Part shown: positions 1-14,600 of the stretch, in pieces | How the letters are laid out: every line of letters starts with the position of its first letter | Position numbering within the stretch: position 1 is the first letter of the stretch | Source of the DNA: Dendrobates tinctorius | Taxonomy: Eukaryota | Direction: 5' to 3' | DNA: 64,000 nucleotides | NCBI RefSeq assembly: GCF_039654945.1 | Contig: NW_027361840.1 | Span: 8,494,001 to 8,558,000 of the forward strand | Notes under the pieces: generated by a model | What the model was told of the DNA's origin: nothing | Database searches by the model: none | What the model saw: only the letters and a program-made list of their open reading frames with translations | Translations under genes and position numbers: made by a program

Positions 1-740
1 TCCAATGTTGGCGAATAATTTTGTGAATCAGATACATAAAGGGATGGTATGTATTCACAAAGGCAACCCTCTTCATCTTGATAGTAGGTTTGGGTTCTGA
101 CCCTAAAGATTGTGTCAGAAAAGAATCAGGGTATCCTCGGGACATAAAATTTTAATTTCATTTCACTAAAACGGAGACTCCGTTTAGATACATCAGAAAC
201 AGAATCGATAGAATTAAGAAGCTGTGATTTAGGAAGAGATCTCTTAATGTGCTTGGGATAACAACTGGTGAAATGCAAGAGACTGTTTCTATCCGTCAGT
301 TTCACAAAAAGATCTGTAGAGAGAGAACCATCATTTCCCTTAATTACTTTAGTATCCAAAAAGGATACAGACTCAAGATCGTGCTGCATAGTGAATGACA
401 AACCGTCAATCTTTGAATTAATATCCTAAAAAAACGTTTCCAAAAAAAACAAATCTCCTGACTAAATGAAAAAAATATCATCTATATACCTCTTCCAAAG
501 TATAACATACTGTTGGAAGAGGCAATGAGAGTAAACAAAATCCAGTTCGAATTCCGCCATAAAAATATTGGCGTAGGGAGGCGCCACATTCGACCCCATA
601 GCCGTTCCACTTACTTGAATAAAAAATTTATCCTAAAAAAGGAAAAAAATTTTTGTAAGAACAATCGTTAGAATAGAGATACAAAAAGTTTTAACATCAT
701 CTGAAAAGTCAGTGTTCCTATCCAAAAAAATTTTTAACCG
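1..740 (-). mobile_element. Penelope-like element, reverse transcriptase segment (disrupted, inverted relative to the endonuclease)
   Basis: Minus-strand translation gives IQVSGTAMGSNVAPPYANIFM, WKRYIDDIF, SVSFLDTKV and TDLFVKLTDRNSLLHFTSCYP, which match PLE RT core and thumb motifs. Stops and frameshifts are present, and the segment runs off the left edge. Confidence 0.9.
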
Positions 741-747
741 CTTGAAA

Positions 748-1128
748 ACCTTTAGTCATCCTAGATCAGGAAAGATCTTCCCAATACGGGATTATTTTAG
801 CTGTGATTCTACTTATGTTGTTTATTTGATTAAATGTCCATGCGGTCTCGGATATGTTGGGGAGACTACGCAACATATCCGGGACCGTATTTCACAACAT
901 AAATCGACTATTCGCTGCAAGAGAACTTTGTTACCTATTCTGGCACATTTTATTTCTCATAACCATAACATTTCCCAACTCCGGTATCAAGTGTTAGAGC
1001 ATGTACCACAGGAGAGAAGAGGTGGAAATAGGATACAAAAATTAAAAGAGAGAGAAGCCTATTGGATTTTTGTTCTTCAGACATTAGAACCCCATGGCCT
1101 CAATAGAGAATATGAAGTTTTCTATTGA
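748..1128 (+). mobile_element. Penelope-like element GIY-YIG endonuclease C-terminus
   Basis: ORF 712..1128 contains CDSTYVVYLIKCPCGLGYVGETT..RISQH..REAYWIFVLQTLEPHGLN, the PLE GIY-YIG signature. Confidence 0.92.
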
Positions 1129-2490
1129 TTCCTTCTTTTTCGTAGAATTATGCCGATCTTAGTGTAGGTGTTTAACCTTTTTTCTTTTTTAGGTTAGGAT
1201 AAGTTATTTGGCACACAGATATATGCATGTATTTTATACGGGTATATATCTTTGTGCATACTTTTTGTGCATACATGTTGATTTATGTTTGGGTGTATTT
1301 GTGTATGTATATGTATGTGTGTATATATGTATATATATATGAGTGTGTGTATATGTGTATTCATTTTTTTTTTATCCGATTATATACAGAAATGGGGATA
1401 TATTTATGCATTGTATGTCCATATGTATATATATGCGTATATATTTATTTTTTTATTTTTTTCAGACTTAATAATATGCTGTAACAAGGTATTGAAGAAC
1501 AATTATTCATAACAGATTTATTGTTTAAATATCCTTTTTCCTGTTTTTTTCTTTCTTGTTCTTTCCCTTTTTTTCCCCCCTTTTTTATAAATATTTTTAT
1601 TATACTGACATAGATGTCATATTTTCTGTTTATTTTCGCTAATATGCCATATTCTGTCTGAAACATGTTGCGTAAGTGATATGGGTACCGTTAGGATATT
1701 ATGATATCTTTAGTCTCAGAGAGGATAGCGCTATGCGCCTATGTCTGTTGGTCTTTGCCACACTTCCTTTATTTTTCTTCCCCATTTCCGTCTTATTAGC
1801 TTAACCGCGCATGCGCGGTTGTCATAGTAACGTGACACATAGGCATACTGGGTTGCTTTGCCACACTTCCTCATTCTCTTCCCCACTTCCATCCTGTTTG
1901 GCGGGCAGCGCATGCGCGGGTTGCGCTAATACATGTGTGATCACTTAATTTACAGCTGCAGTCTATCTTGGTGATCTCCGTGGCTTTAAATAAATTAACC
2001 TCCTCCCCGTCTCATACACATTCTCTCCTACCAAGACGGCGGCGTGGTCCCCTGTACTTAGTGTTTTCATTTAATACAGGTCTGTTTATGGCATCTTCCT
2101 TTCATTTTCTTGGGCTATATCTTTATTCTGGATACTTAGAATTTTTCTTTTTGTTTTGCTCTCTAGAACATTTAGGAATGGAACACTTGATTATACAGGT
2201 ATTATTTTGGCGTTCACCTAATTTTTTACTCAAAAATCCCTTTGTTATTTTTTTGGATATATTTTTACCTTTTATATGTGCGCATATACTTACATATGTG
2301 ATGTGTTTTCTTCTTAACAGAAAATTTTGACACACCTACCGGATGGAATTATTTCTTTTTCCTTATTTATTTTGGCAAAAAAATATCTATATATATAATC
2401 TGATTAATGTATTGATTTTGTATGACAATGAAAATTTTCCCAACATATTATATTGACTATATGTCATGGTTATTCTTTTTTATAGATAAA

Positions 2491-2527
2491 CCCTTGATAA
2501 AGGCTTAGTTTAGCCAAAACGTTGGGG
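2491..2527 (+). ncRNA. Degenerate minimal hammerhead ribozyme-like motif in the PLE 3' region (pseudo-LTR)
   Basis: CCC-TTGATAA-AGGCT-TAGTT-TAGCC-AAAAC-GTT-GGG has the layout of variant PLE hammerheads (UUGANAA, stem II, GAAAC, palindromic stem III). GAAAC has become AAAAC. An AATAAA follows about 25 nt later. Confidence 0.55.
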
Positions 2528-2597
2528 ACTCTGTATTTTTCATGTTCCATGTCAATAAATATTTTTCTGCAAAATTAAAAAATTTTTGCCTCATAAT

Positions 2598-2922
2598 GTA
2601 CAGATAATACAGTGATCACCAGTGACATTATACACAGGAGCTCTGTATATAGTGTCAGTGTACAGGTAATACAGGGAGCACCAGTGACATTACACACTGG
2701 AGTTCTGTATATAGTGTATAGTGTACAGGTAATACAGTGATCACCAGTGACATTATACACAGGAGCTCTGTATATAGTGTCAGTATACAGGTAATACAGT
2801 GATCACCAGTGACATTATACACAGGAGCTCTGTATATAGTGTCAGTGTACAGGTAATACAGGGATCACTACTGATATTATACACAGGAGCTCTGTATATA
2901 GTGTTCAGGTAATACAGTGATC
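2598..2922. repeat. Tandem minisatellite, about 62-bp unit, about 5 copies
   Basis: Repeated GTACAGGTAATACAGTGATCACCAGTGACATTATACACAGGAGCTCTGTATATAGTGTCAGT. Confidence 0.9.
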
Positions 2923-4009
2923 AGGTTGTAATGTAGCAAAATAGATAAAAAGCCAAGGGGTGAATACTTTTGCATGCTATTATAAGCAATGTATTTTACT
3001 CGTAGACAGGTTCTCCTTTATCAAGCTAACAAGAGGTATTTTACATCAAGATATCTGGACTTATATAATCTTGACATGGCGTCCAAGGACAAGGGACTTC
3101 GACCCCTAATTTACAAGGAGTCATATATCTTTATTAATGTTTTTTTCCAGAATCCTGCTGCGATGATTTAAAAAAAAAAACACAGTGAGAATCCGAACAA
3201 AAAACAATGTGATGGCCATTTACTATTCTGTATTGCTTTACTATTCACCTTTCTGTTACTGGTCATTAGCGGTGGGGCATTGTTGCTCCTGGAATTCTTC
3301 CCTCCATAGTTTGTGATTTTGCAGGTTCCTGGTGCTTACAATAGATTCTGGAATCTCTCATCCCCATCAATCATTGATATTATATGATACATGGAGCGAT
3401 AACTTATGATCGGTTGATAGATAAACCCCAGTGTAATTACTTTGTCCCTACACTGACATGTTTGTTATACTTAGCTACACTGCTTATCCATATGTTATAA
3501 GGGCAAATATTGAGACAATTCTTATCTTGGCCATTTTTGTGCAAACATATATTTTCAGTGTCCCGATTCCCCTCCATAATTTATGTCCTTCTGACGCATC
3601 GAGTCGTATTCTTTCTCGCACACTATAATTTCTATGTTTATAATCCCAGCCTGTAATCTGGGCGTCCTGTCCTGTTAGTGCTTGTTTTGTGCATTTTCGC
3701 AGTGACAAAAATGCAACGATTTACAGCAAAGTGAATCTGATTTCTGAAGTATTAATAACACGCTGCTTATTTTTTCCATCAGAACATTTTTTCGATTCTG
3801 CATCCAATCAAGTGTTTTAGCTTTTGTGCAACATTTATCACCCATTCAGATGAATAGGGAATAAACATAAAAACGAAATGAAAATGCAATAGAAACATGG
3901 CAGAAACATGCAGGTGGCATATTTGATGTAAAAGCTTGCACATCGCGTTACTGTGAGCACAATGAGTGAGCTGAATGCATGCTGGACGGCTTAAGGAAGT
4001 GGTAACTAC

Positions 4010-4911
4010 TGTCACTTTGTCACTAGAGGCACTTTGTCACTAGCGTCACTTTGTCACTAGTATCTTTGTCACTAGCGTCATTTCGTCACTAGCCAAACTT
4101 TGTCACTAGCGTCACTGTCACTAGCGCCACTTTGTCACTAGTATCTTTGTAACTAGTGTCACTTTGTCACTAGCGTCACTGTCACTAGCGCCACTTTGTC
4201 ACTAGTATCTTTGTAACTAGTGTCACTTTGTCACTAGCGTCACTTTGTCACTAGCATCTTTGTGACTAGCGTCACTTTGTCACTAGCCTCACTTTGTCAC
4301 TAGCCTCACTTTGTCACTAGCATCTTTGTGACTAGCGTCATTTTGTCACTAGCCTCACTTTGTCACTAGCCTCACTTTGTCACTAGCATCTTTGTGACTA
4401 GCGTCACTTTGTCACTAGCCTCACTTTGTCACTAGCGTCACTGTCACTAGCGCCACTTTGTCACTAGTATCTTTGTGACTAGCGTCACTTTGTCACTAGC
4501 CTCACTTTGTCACTAGCGTCACTGTCACTAGCGCCACTTTGTCACTAGTATCTTTGTGACTAGCGTCACTTTGTCACTAGCCTCACTTTGTCACTAGCGT
4601 CACTGTCACTAGCGCCACTTTGTCACTAGTATCTTTGTGACTAGCGTCACTTTGTCACTAGCCTCACTTTGTCACTAGCGTCACTGTCACTAGCGCCACT
4701 TTGTCACTAGTATCTTTGTGACTAGCTTCACTTTGTCACTAGCGTCACTTTGTCACTAGTGCCACTTTGTCACTAGCGTCATTTCGTCACTAGCACCACT
4801 TTGTCACTAGCGTCACTGTCACTAGCGCCACTTTGTCACTAGTATCTTTGTGACTAGCCTCACTTTGTCACTATTGTCTTTGTCACTAGCGTCACTTTGT
4901 CTCTAGCGTCA
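4010..4911. repeat. Tandem minisatellite, 15-17-bp units with higher-order repetition
   Basis: Repeated GTCACTTTGTCACTAGC and variants such as TATCTTTGTGACTAGC. Confidence 0.95.
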
Positions 4912-5387
4912 TCTCGGTGTAGGAACTTTAGGGCATTCGGCAGGTGAACCATCAGCCTTTAGCTTCTGCTACTAGTAGAAGACAAGCCGTTCTGTCACAT
5001 TCGGAGGATGATTATATTGTATTTTTGCTTTTTGTTCTGGTTCTCGCTGCTTCTCCAATCTCCATCCCTTGTTCTCCGTCTGGACTCGGAGTCGCTGTCG
5101 TCCTTTTATGTGTAGATCAGTCTGGAAATCTCGATGTAGAGCAGACAAGAACCTGAAACGCGTTGCTGTGCTGAGTTTTCACCAATCCCCGTTTGTCACT
5201 TGTCAGATCAAGTCCAGATTATAGATTTTATCGTTGTTACTTTTTGATGCCTTAATAAACAGCAGTAGTTCTGAGGGAATATCCTTCCTGTTACTTCATT
5301 CCCTTTCGTGTGATCTTAGACTTCCCTCTGTTACATCCATTCCAGTATCCAGGTACGGCACAGTTCACACACCATGTACCCACAGGG

Positions 5388-6863
5388 TGCACCGTGCGAC
5401 TTGACAGACACACCGTGCGACATGACGGACACACCGTGCGACATGACAGATACACCGTGCGACATGACGGATACACCCTGCGACATGACGGATACGCCCT
5501 GCGACATGACGGATACGCCCTGCGACATGACGGATACACCCTGCGACATGACGGACACACCCTGCGACATGACGGACACACCCTGCGACATGACGGACAC
5601 ACCCTGCGACATGACGGATACACCCTGCGACATGACGGACACACCCTGCGACATGACGGACACACCCTGCGACATGACGGACACACCCTGCGACATGATG
5701 GACACACCCTGCGGCATGACGGATACACCCTGCGACATGACGGACACACCCTGCGACATGACGGATACACCCTGCGACATGACGGACACACCCTGCGACA
5801 TGACGGACACACCCTGCGGCATGACGGATACACCCTGCGACATGACGGACACACCCTGCGACATGACGGATACACCCTGCGACATGACGGATACACCCTG
5901 CGACATGACGGATACACCCTGCGACATGACGGATACACCCTGCGACATGACGGATACACCCTGCGACATGACGGACACACCCTGCGACATGACGGACACA
6001 CCCTGCGACATGACGGATACACCCTGCGACATGACGGATACACCCTGCGACATGACGGATACACCCTGCGACATGACGGACACACCCTGCGACATGACGG
6101 ACACACCCTGCGACATGACGGATACACCCTGCGACATGACGGATACACCCTGCGACATGACGGATACACCCTGCGACATGACGGATACACCCTGCGACAT
6201 GACGGATACACCCTGCGACATGACGGACACACCCTGCGACATGACGGACACACCCTGCGACATGACGGACACACCCTGCGACATGACGGATACACCCTGC
6301 GACATGACGGATACACCCTGCGACATGACGGATACACCCTGCGACATGACGGACACACCCTGCGACATGACGGACACACCCTGCGACATGACGGATACAC
6401 CCTGCGACATGACGGATACACCCTGCGACATGACGGCTACACCCTGCGACATGACGGATACACCCTGCGACATGACGGATACACCCTGCGACATGACGGA
6501 CACACCCTGCGACATGACGGACACACCCTGCGACATGACGGATACACCCTGCGACATGACGGATACACCCTGCGACATGACGGACACACCCTGCGACATG
6601 ACGGACACACCCTGCGACATGACGGATACACCCTGCGACATGACGGATACACCCTGCGACATGACGGATACACCCTGCGACATGACGGATACACCCTGCG
6701 ACATGACGGACACACCCTGCGACATGACGGACACACCCTGCGACATGACGGATACACCCTGCGACATGACGGATACACCCTGCGACATGACGGATACACC
6801 CTGCGACATGACGGATACACCCTGCGACATGACGGATACACCCTGCGACATGACGGATACACC
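5388..6863. repeat. Highly homogeneous 21-bp minisatellite, about 70 copies
   Basis: Unit GACATGACGGAYACACCCTGC; source of the RHDGYTL and CDMTDTP ORFs. Confidence 0.97.
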
Positions 6864-7407
6864 GGAATTCCTTTTTGTTCCGGTTTCTTCGCTTTATTTC
6901 CAGTGATTCAGGGTTGAAGCCATTAATCACTTTACGGAAAACTGATCACAAAGTAAAGAAACTCATCGTTGTCCTAAAGTCACATAAATGTCGGCTGCCT
7001 GTGTGACAGCGTTGCTGCATCTGGGCGCGGTCGCCCGTCACTGACAGCTTGGCGCTCCGTCACATCACACTCTCGGGCGGTGGGTGTGCTCCCGGCAATG
7101 AGGATATCCATAAAACCGAGCGGAGAAAACAACAGAAGCTTCCGAGTGTTTCATGTTCCCACTATCAAAGATAATTGTCTGTTCACACAACAGGCAGAAT
7201 ATTCCACCCGTCCAGGAGACGGTACAGGGGGTGAGGACTAACGCATCACAGGGGCTAAATTCAGAGATAAAGGGGGGAAATGGGCTAAAATTACTCATCA
7301 GCCACAGATCAGTCTATTTTATAACTTTGTAACTTATTGTGTCACTAATAAAAGATCTCTGCTGTCAGTTGTCTCCAATGTTGTTTCCCTTGTATCCGAT
7401 TTAGTCT

Positions 7408-8362
7408 GAATTGTGATTGCAGCTCTGGATGTGACCGCATTATAAAATGTTATTGAAGAGCAGAATTGTGAATGCAGCTCTGGATGTGACCACGGTATAA
7501 ATTGATACCGAAGAGCAGAATTGTGAATGCAGCTCTGGATTTGACCGCAGTACAAATTGTTATTGAAGAGCAGAATTGTGAATGCAGCTCTGGATGTGAC
7601 CGCAGTATAAATTGTTATTGAAGAGCAGAATTGTGAATGCAGCTCTGGATGTGACCACAGTATAAATTGTTATTGAAGAGCAGAATTGTGAATGCAGCTC
7701 TGGATGTGACCGCAGTATAAATTGTTATTGAAGAGCAGAATTTTGAATGCAGCTCTGGATGTGACCACAGTATAAATTGTTATTGAAGAGCAGAATTGTG
7801 AATGCAGCTCTGGATATGACCGCAGTATAAATTGTTATTGAAGAGCAGAATTGTGAATGCAGCTCTGGATGTGACCGCAGTATAAATTGTTATTGAGCAG
7901 AATTGTGAATGCAGCTCTGGATGTGACCACAGTATAAATTGATATTGAAGAGCAGAATTGTGAATGCAGCTCTGGATGTGACCGCAGTATAAATTGATAT
8001 TGAAGAGCAGAATTGTGAATGCAGCTCTGGATTTGACCGCAGTACAAATTGTTATTGAAGAGCAGAATTGTGAATGCAGCTCTGGATGTGACCGCAGTAT
8101 AAATTGTTATTGAAGAGCAGAATTGTGAATGCAGCTCTGGATGTGACCACAGTATAAATTGATATTGAAGAGCAGAATTGTGAATGCAGCTCTGGATGTG
8201 ACCGCAGTATAAATTGATATTGAAGAGCAGAATTGTGAATGCAGCTCTGGATGTGACCGCAGTATAAATTGTTTTTGAAGAGCAGAATTGTGAATGCTGC
8301 TCTGGATGTGACCACAGTAGAAATTGATATTGAAGAGCAGAATTGTGAATGCAGCTCTGGAT
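7408..8362. repeat. 55-bp tandem repeat, about 17 copies
   Basis: Unit GAAGAGCAGAATTGTGAATGCAGCTCTGGATGTGACCGCAGTATAAATTGTTATT. Confidence 0.95.
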
Positions 8363-8434
8363 CTTACATTATGCAACACCAGAAGACTGACTGTATGTGC
8401 AGAATAAGATGTGATGTATGGTAATAACGGAATG

Positions 8435-10016
<1,582 letters not shown>

Positions 10017-11625
10017 AATCAAATATATAGTATTATGTAGAAAGCAAAAGAAAAACAAACATCAGCTCAGCAGGTAGGTAAATATCTGAAATTATGGCGC
10101 GGCGCACAGCAACCTCAGTCTCTGATCAAGACTAAGAGAGTCATCTGGAAACGCGTAGACCCGGCGTCTCATCTTTTGTATGTATTTTTAATCTCCCCTT
10201 TGGATTTCTACATCCTATAATTAATGGGATTCTTTCATTTACTTATTTTTGTGGTTGCCGGCATTATTTCTCCTTTTTCATGATACATAGTATTATACAA
10301 GGACACCATGGGAGAAGAGTTTGGCAGCCATAGGGGCAATATATGGCCATCAGTCTGCACAGAGCTTGTATGCCGACCACAGGTAACTCGGATCAAAAAG
10401 GGATAAAGACCATAGGATCCACTAGAATCTGGTAAATAATATACATCTAATAATTACACATTGTATCATCGCACATAAAATTTGTATTATGGCAACTGTA
10501 AATCCTAATTATATTGGCGCTGTAATAAATCCCAAGGTGATGAGTGACCAATAAAAGCCTGGAAACGTAATCACAGTCGCGTGATTGTACGAGGCGCGGA
10601 TCGCCTGCATTGTCCAAATGTTCAGTGATTTCTGGGTCTGATCCACAATCTGGACCATAAAAGCAGTGGAAATGATGCACATTTTACATATATGGTGTTT
10701 TGTCACTTTATTTCTTGTTAGGTTGTGCGCACCCTGTCTAGTGATGGATCGCCCATTCGTGGCGAGAGATGAGAGGTGTCCGGACCCGACCATTCTCCGT
10801 GAGTCGGATACATTGTAGCAGAGGGATGGTCTCTTGTGTTTAGGACTCTGGCATTGACTACGTAGGATAACTAGTTAAAAAGTCCTTGGAGATGGTGAAG
10901 AATTGAAATATCAGCACTGTCTCATCATTAGTGTAACTCAGACCAGTCTGTCTGGAAAATGCACCAGTGTCTCATAAAGGGTCATCTCGGCAGAGATCCG
11001 CTGTTTAGTGTAAGTTATGCCAGTTTTTGCCAGAAATGTCACAATTTTGGTATCATTTTTGGTGCCCGGTGCCACATTTTAGCAGCACCACTTTCCCACC
11101 AAGTAGCGTCTTTTTAGTTGGACAATGCACAGTGTCTGGTAATGAGCAGAAAATGTCTAAAACACATAATAAATATGCTGCCCCAGTATTGTGGCACCGT
11201 AACTGGATCAATATGGTGATTGAAGGGGCTGATTATTCATTCCAGAGCCCCATAATAAAAACAATGGATGCTCATCTCCTGCAGCGGCATCTCTACAGCA
11301 ATGTTGGCGCCGCTGTTCCAGGTTGATGACATATTGTATCACTTGACTGCTGCAGCCGATCAGTGGCCATTGATTAGCTGCAGCGGTCTTGTAGCACACC
11401 AGGAACAGCAGCACCAACATTGCTGGGCACAGGCACTGCTCATTACTGGAGGTGAGCAGCCTTTCTTTTTATCCTCTATTGGGCATTATATTGATTAGGT
11501 AGTGGTTTTTTTTTTATCAGTGCACAACCCCTTTAAGTTTTATTTACAGCCCCAATTCCAAGAAAGTTGGACGCTGTGTAAAATGTAAAGAGAACAAGAA
11601 ATCAACGATCTGGAAAGCTCATCAT

Positions 11626-14600
11626 TGTCACGTCGCCGTCAGACTCGGGGCCTGCTGTTCAGGCCTCGGCTACCAGGAGGCGCCGGACTGACATGTCATC
11701 ATCGAATTCAGGGCCTGCTGTTCCGCCCTCAGCCACTAGGAGGCGCCGTGGCTCGCGCCCGAGTAATGGCGGCAACAGTGAAAGGGCTTCTGCACAGGCG
11801 TCTAGTGGACACAGACTCCGCTCCTCTGTCAGTCATGAAGGGGTTGGTGCATCGTCATCAGGTCTGGTCCTGGGGGCGGTCCTGATGACATCATCAGCCC
11901 GGGAGCCTGTGAGGGATGACCTGATCCCTCAAATACCTTTGGACTGGGCTTGCAAGCCGCCGGATATATTCTTGGTTCCCCTGCGTGTTACTGTGTGAAT
12001 TGCTGTTTGACTGACTCTGACTTTTGCCTGGATTCTGACTCTGCTTCTGCCTAACGATTCTGTACCTCTGCGACTCTCCTGGTTTATGACTCTGACTTCG
12101 GCCTGGATTCTGACTCTGCTTCTGCCTAACGATTCTGTACCTCCGCGACTCTCCTGGTTTATGACTCTGGCTTCTGCCTGGAAACTGACTCTGCTACTGT
12201 CTACTGTTTTTGTACCGTTGCTGCCTGACTGGTTTAGTCTCGGATATCATTGCCTCTGTGTCCTGTGTTGGAACACCTTTCTGGCGACCGTCCTGCTCTG
12301 GTCATTGCTCCTATTCAGACAGCGCCTCCTGGGCTCTGCTATAAATCCAGATCCCTGTATAGGGGTAAAGGGTATCAGTGTTTCTCGGGGTGTTGTCTGG
12401 CTGCAGTCCAGACCGCAGGCAGACGTCACATTATATCCGGCCACAAAAAAATAAAACTGCTCTTGTGTCTATACTTAACACATATAAAAGCAGTTTTCCT
12501 CACCTTTTTTTTTTCTTCCTCCTGACTGAGCTGATTCTTGGCCCAAACACCTGTTACACTGCACAGCCTGGAAGGTCACTCTCAGGCTCAAGCATGCTGC
12601 AGCCTGGAAGCTTCAAAGAAAATGCTGGCTGTTGGAAATCCACATTCCTGGATCATCGCCCCCTGGACAGCGCTGGGGGGTCAGGTATTGCCCGCAAAAG
12701 CGGCCAAACTGTTGTTACCAGTTTCCCTTTCTTTTGCTAAGAAACGTCTGTGTGTGAAGGCTTATGTGGATTGTGGTGCTGCCGGCAACCTTATGGATTT
12801 TTTATTTGCTAAGAGTCTGGGTGTACCTCTGCTAAGGCTTAAAGCGCCTATTCAGACTATTACAATTAATGGTACATCTATAGACCAGGGAGGCGTGGAA
12901 TTCATTACTGACGACATTTCTATGTCAGTGGGGACATTACATAACGAACAAATGTCATTTTTTGTTATACACAATTTATCAGATCCAGTTGTGTTAGGCA
13001 TGCCATGGTTGCACCAGCATAATCCAGTTATTGACTGGCGCATAGGTGACGTTGTGCGCTGGAGTCCACGGTGTCAGAATCACTGTATGTCACTGTCAGT
13101 GAACCAAGTTAAAATTAAAAACCCCTCCATTCCATATGCATTCGGAGATTATGAAGATGTCTTCTCCATAGTGGAGTCTGAGAAACTACCTCCTCATAGA
13201 GAGTACGACTGTCCTATAGACTTGGTCCCTGGTGCCCGTCTCCCTAAGGGGAGAATATTCAACCTCTCGGGTCCGGAGCGTGTAGCCATGAATGACTACA
13301 TAGCAGACAGCCTACGAAAAGGCTTCATTAGACCCTCCACCTCACCTGTAGGAGCTGGGTTTTTCTTTGTAGAAAAAAAAGATGGTGGACTCAGACCATG
13401 CATCGATTATCGTGAGCTGAACGCAATTACTGTAAAAAATCAGTACTCGCTCCCACTCATTCCTGATCTGTTTAATCAGCTACTGGGAGCCCGCTGGTTT
13501 ACTAAACTTGACCTCCGGGGGGCATATAACCTGGTCCGCATAAGAAGCGGTGACGAATGGAAAACGGCCTTTAATACACCCCTTGGCCATTTTGAGTACC
13601 TTGTAATGCCGTTCGGACTCAGTAACGCTCCTGCCGTATTTCAACACTTTGTCAATGACATTTTCAGGGACATTTGTGGGGTGTATGTCGTCGTGTATCT
13701 GGATGACATTTTGATTTATTCGGCTGACCCTGTGATACATGCTCAACACGTCCGTTCGGTATTGCAGAGACTGCGAAAAAACTCTTTGTTTGCGAAATTA
13801 GAAAAATGTGTTTTTTTTGCTGAAGAGGTACAGTTCTTAGGATACATGGTCTCAGGCAAGGGGTTTCGCATGGACCCTGCCAAGATTCAACCCATTAAGG
13901 ATTGGGTGCAACCCAAATCGCTGAAAGCGCTGCAGCGGTTTTTGGGATTTGCGAATTATTACCGCAAGTTTATCAGGGGTTTCTCTGAGATTGCCAAGCC
14001 ACTCACGGACCTTACCCGAAAAGGGGCAGACGTGACTAATTGGAATCCTGAGGCAACCCGAGCTTTTTCTACACTAAAGGAGTGCTTCGTGGCCAACCCG
14101 GTGTTGATTCAACCAAACTTGGACCACCCCTTTATTGTTGAAGTAGATGCCTCCGAAGTCGGAGTGGGAGCAGTGCTCTCGCAAGGCACTGCATCCCTCA
14201 CTCAGCTTCGCCCATGTGCGTTTTTCTCCCGCAAATTCTCTGCCACGGAGAGAAACTATGACGTCGGTAATCGGGAATTACTGGCGATCAAATGGGCCTT
14301 CGAGGAATGGCGCCACTTCCTCGAAGGTGCCAAACACAAGGTCACTGTTATTACAGACCACAAAAACCTAACCTACCTAGAGTCAGCTAAAAGACTAAAT
14401 CCCAGGCAGGCTAGGTGGGCCTTGTTTTTCTCCAGGTTTGATTTTATAATCACCTTCCGCCCCGGGACTAAAAATGTGAGGGCAGATGCCCTCTCTCGCA
14501 GTTTCTGCCCCACACAGACCGAGGACTGTGAACCAGTCCCAATATTGGCTAATGGAATCGTCGTGTCGGCAGTGTCTTTGGACCTTCTGGAGGAGATCCG

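Noticed and set aside
1227-1512. Hydrophobic ORFs
   Set aside because: They derive from TA/TG low-complexity sequence in the PLE 3' region.
5291-6930. 376-535 aa ORFs on both strands
   Set aside because: They are translations of a 21-bp tandem repeat, with no evidence of coding function.
7408-8362. Regular repeats resembling a CRISPR array
   Set aside because: They are head-to-tail units without unique spacers, there are no cas genes, and the context is eukaryotic.
10722-10798. Exon-like 77-bp segment (TTAG|..|GTGAGT, MDRPFVARDERCPDPTIL)
   Set aside because: I found no phase-compatible partner exon and no recognisable homology; it cannot be supported without RNA data.
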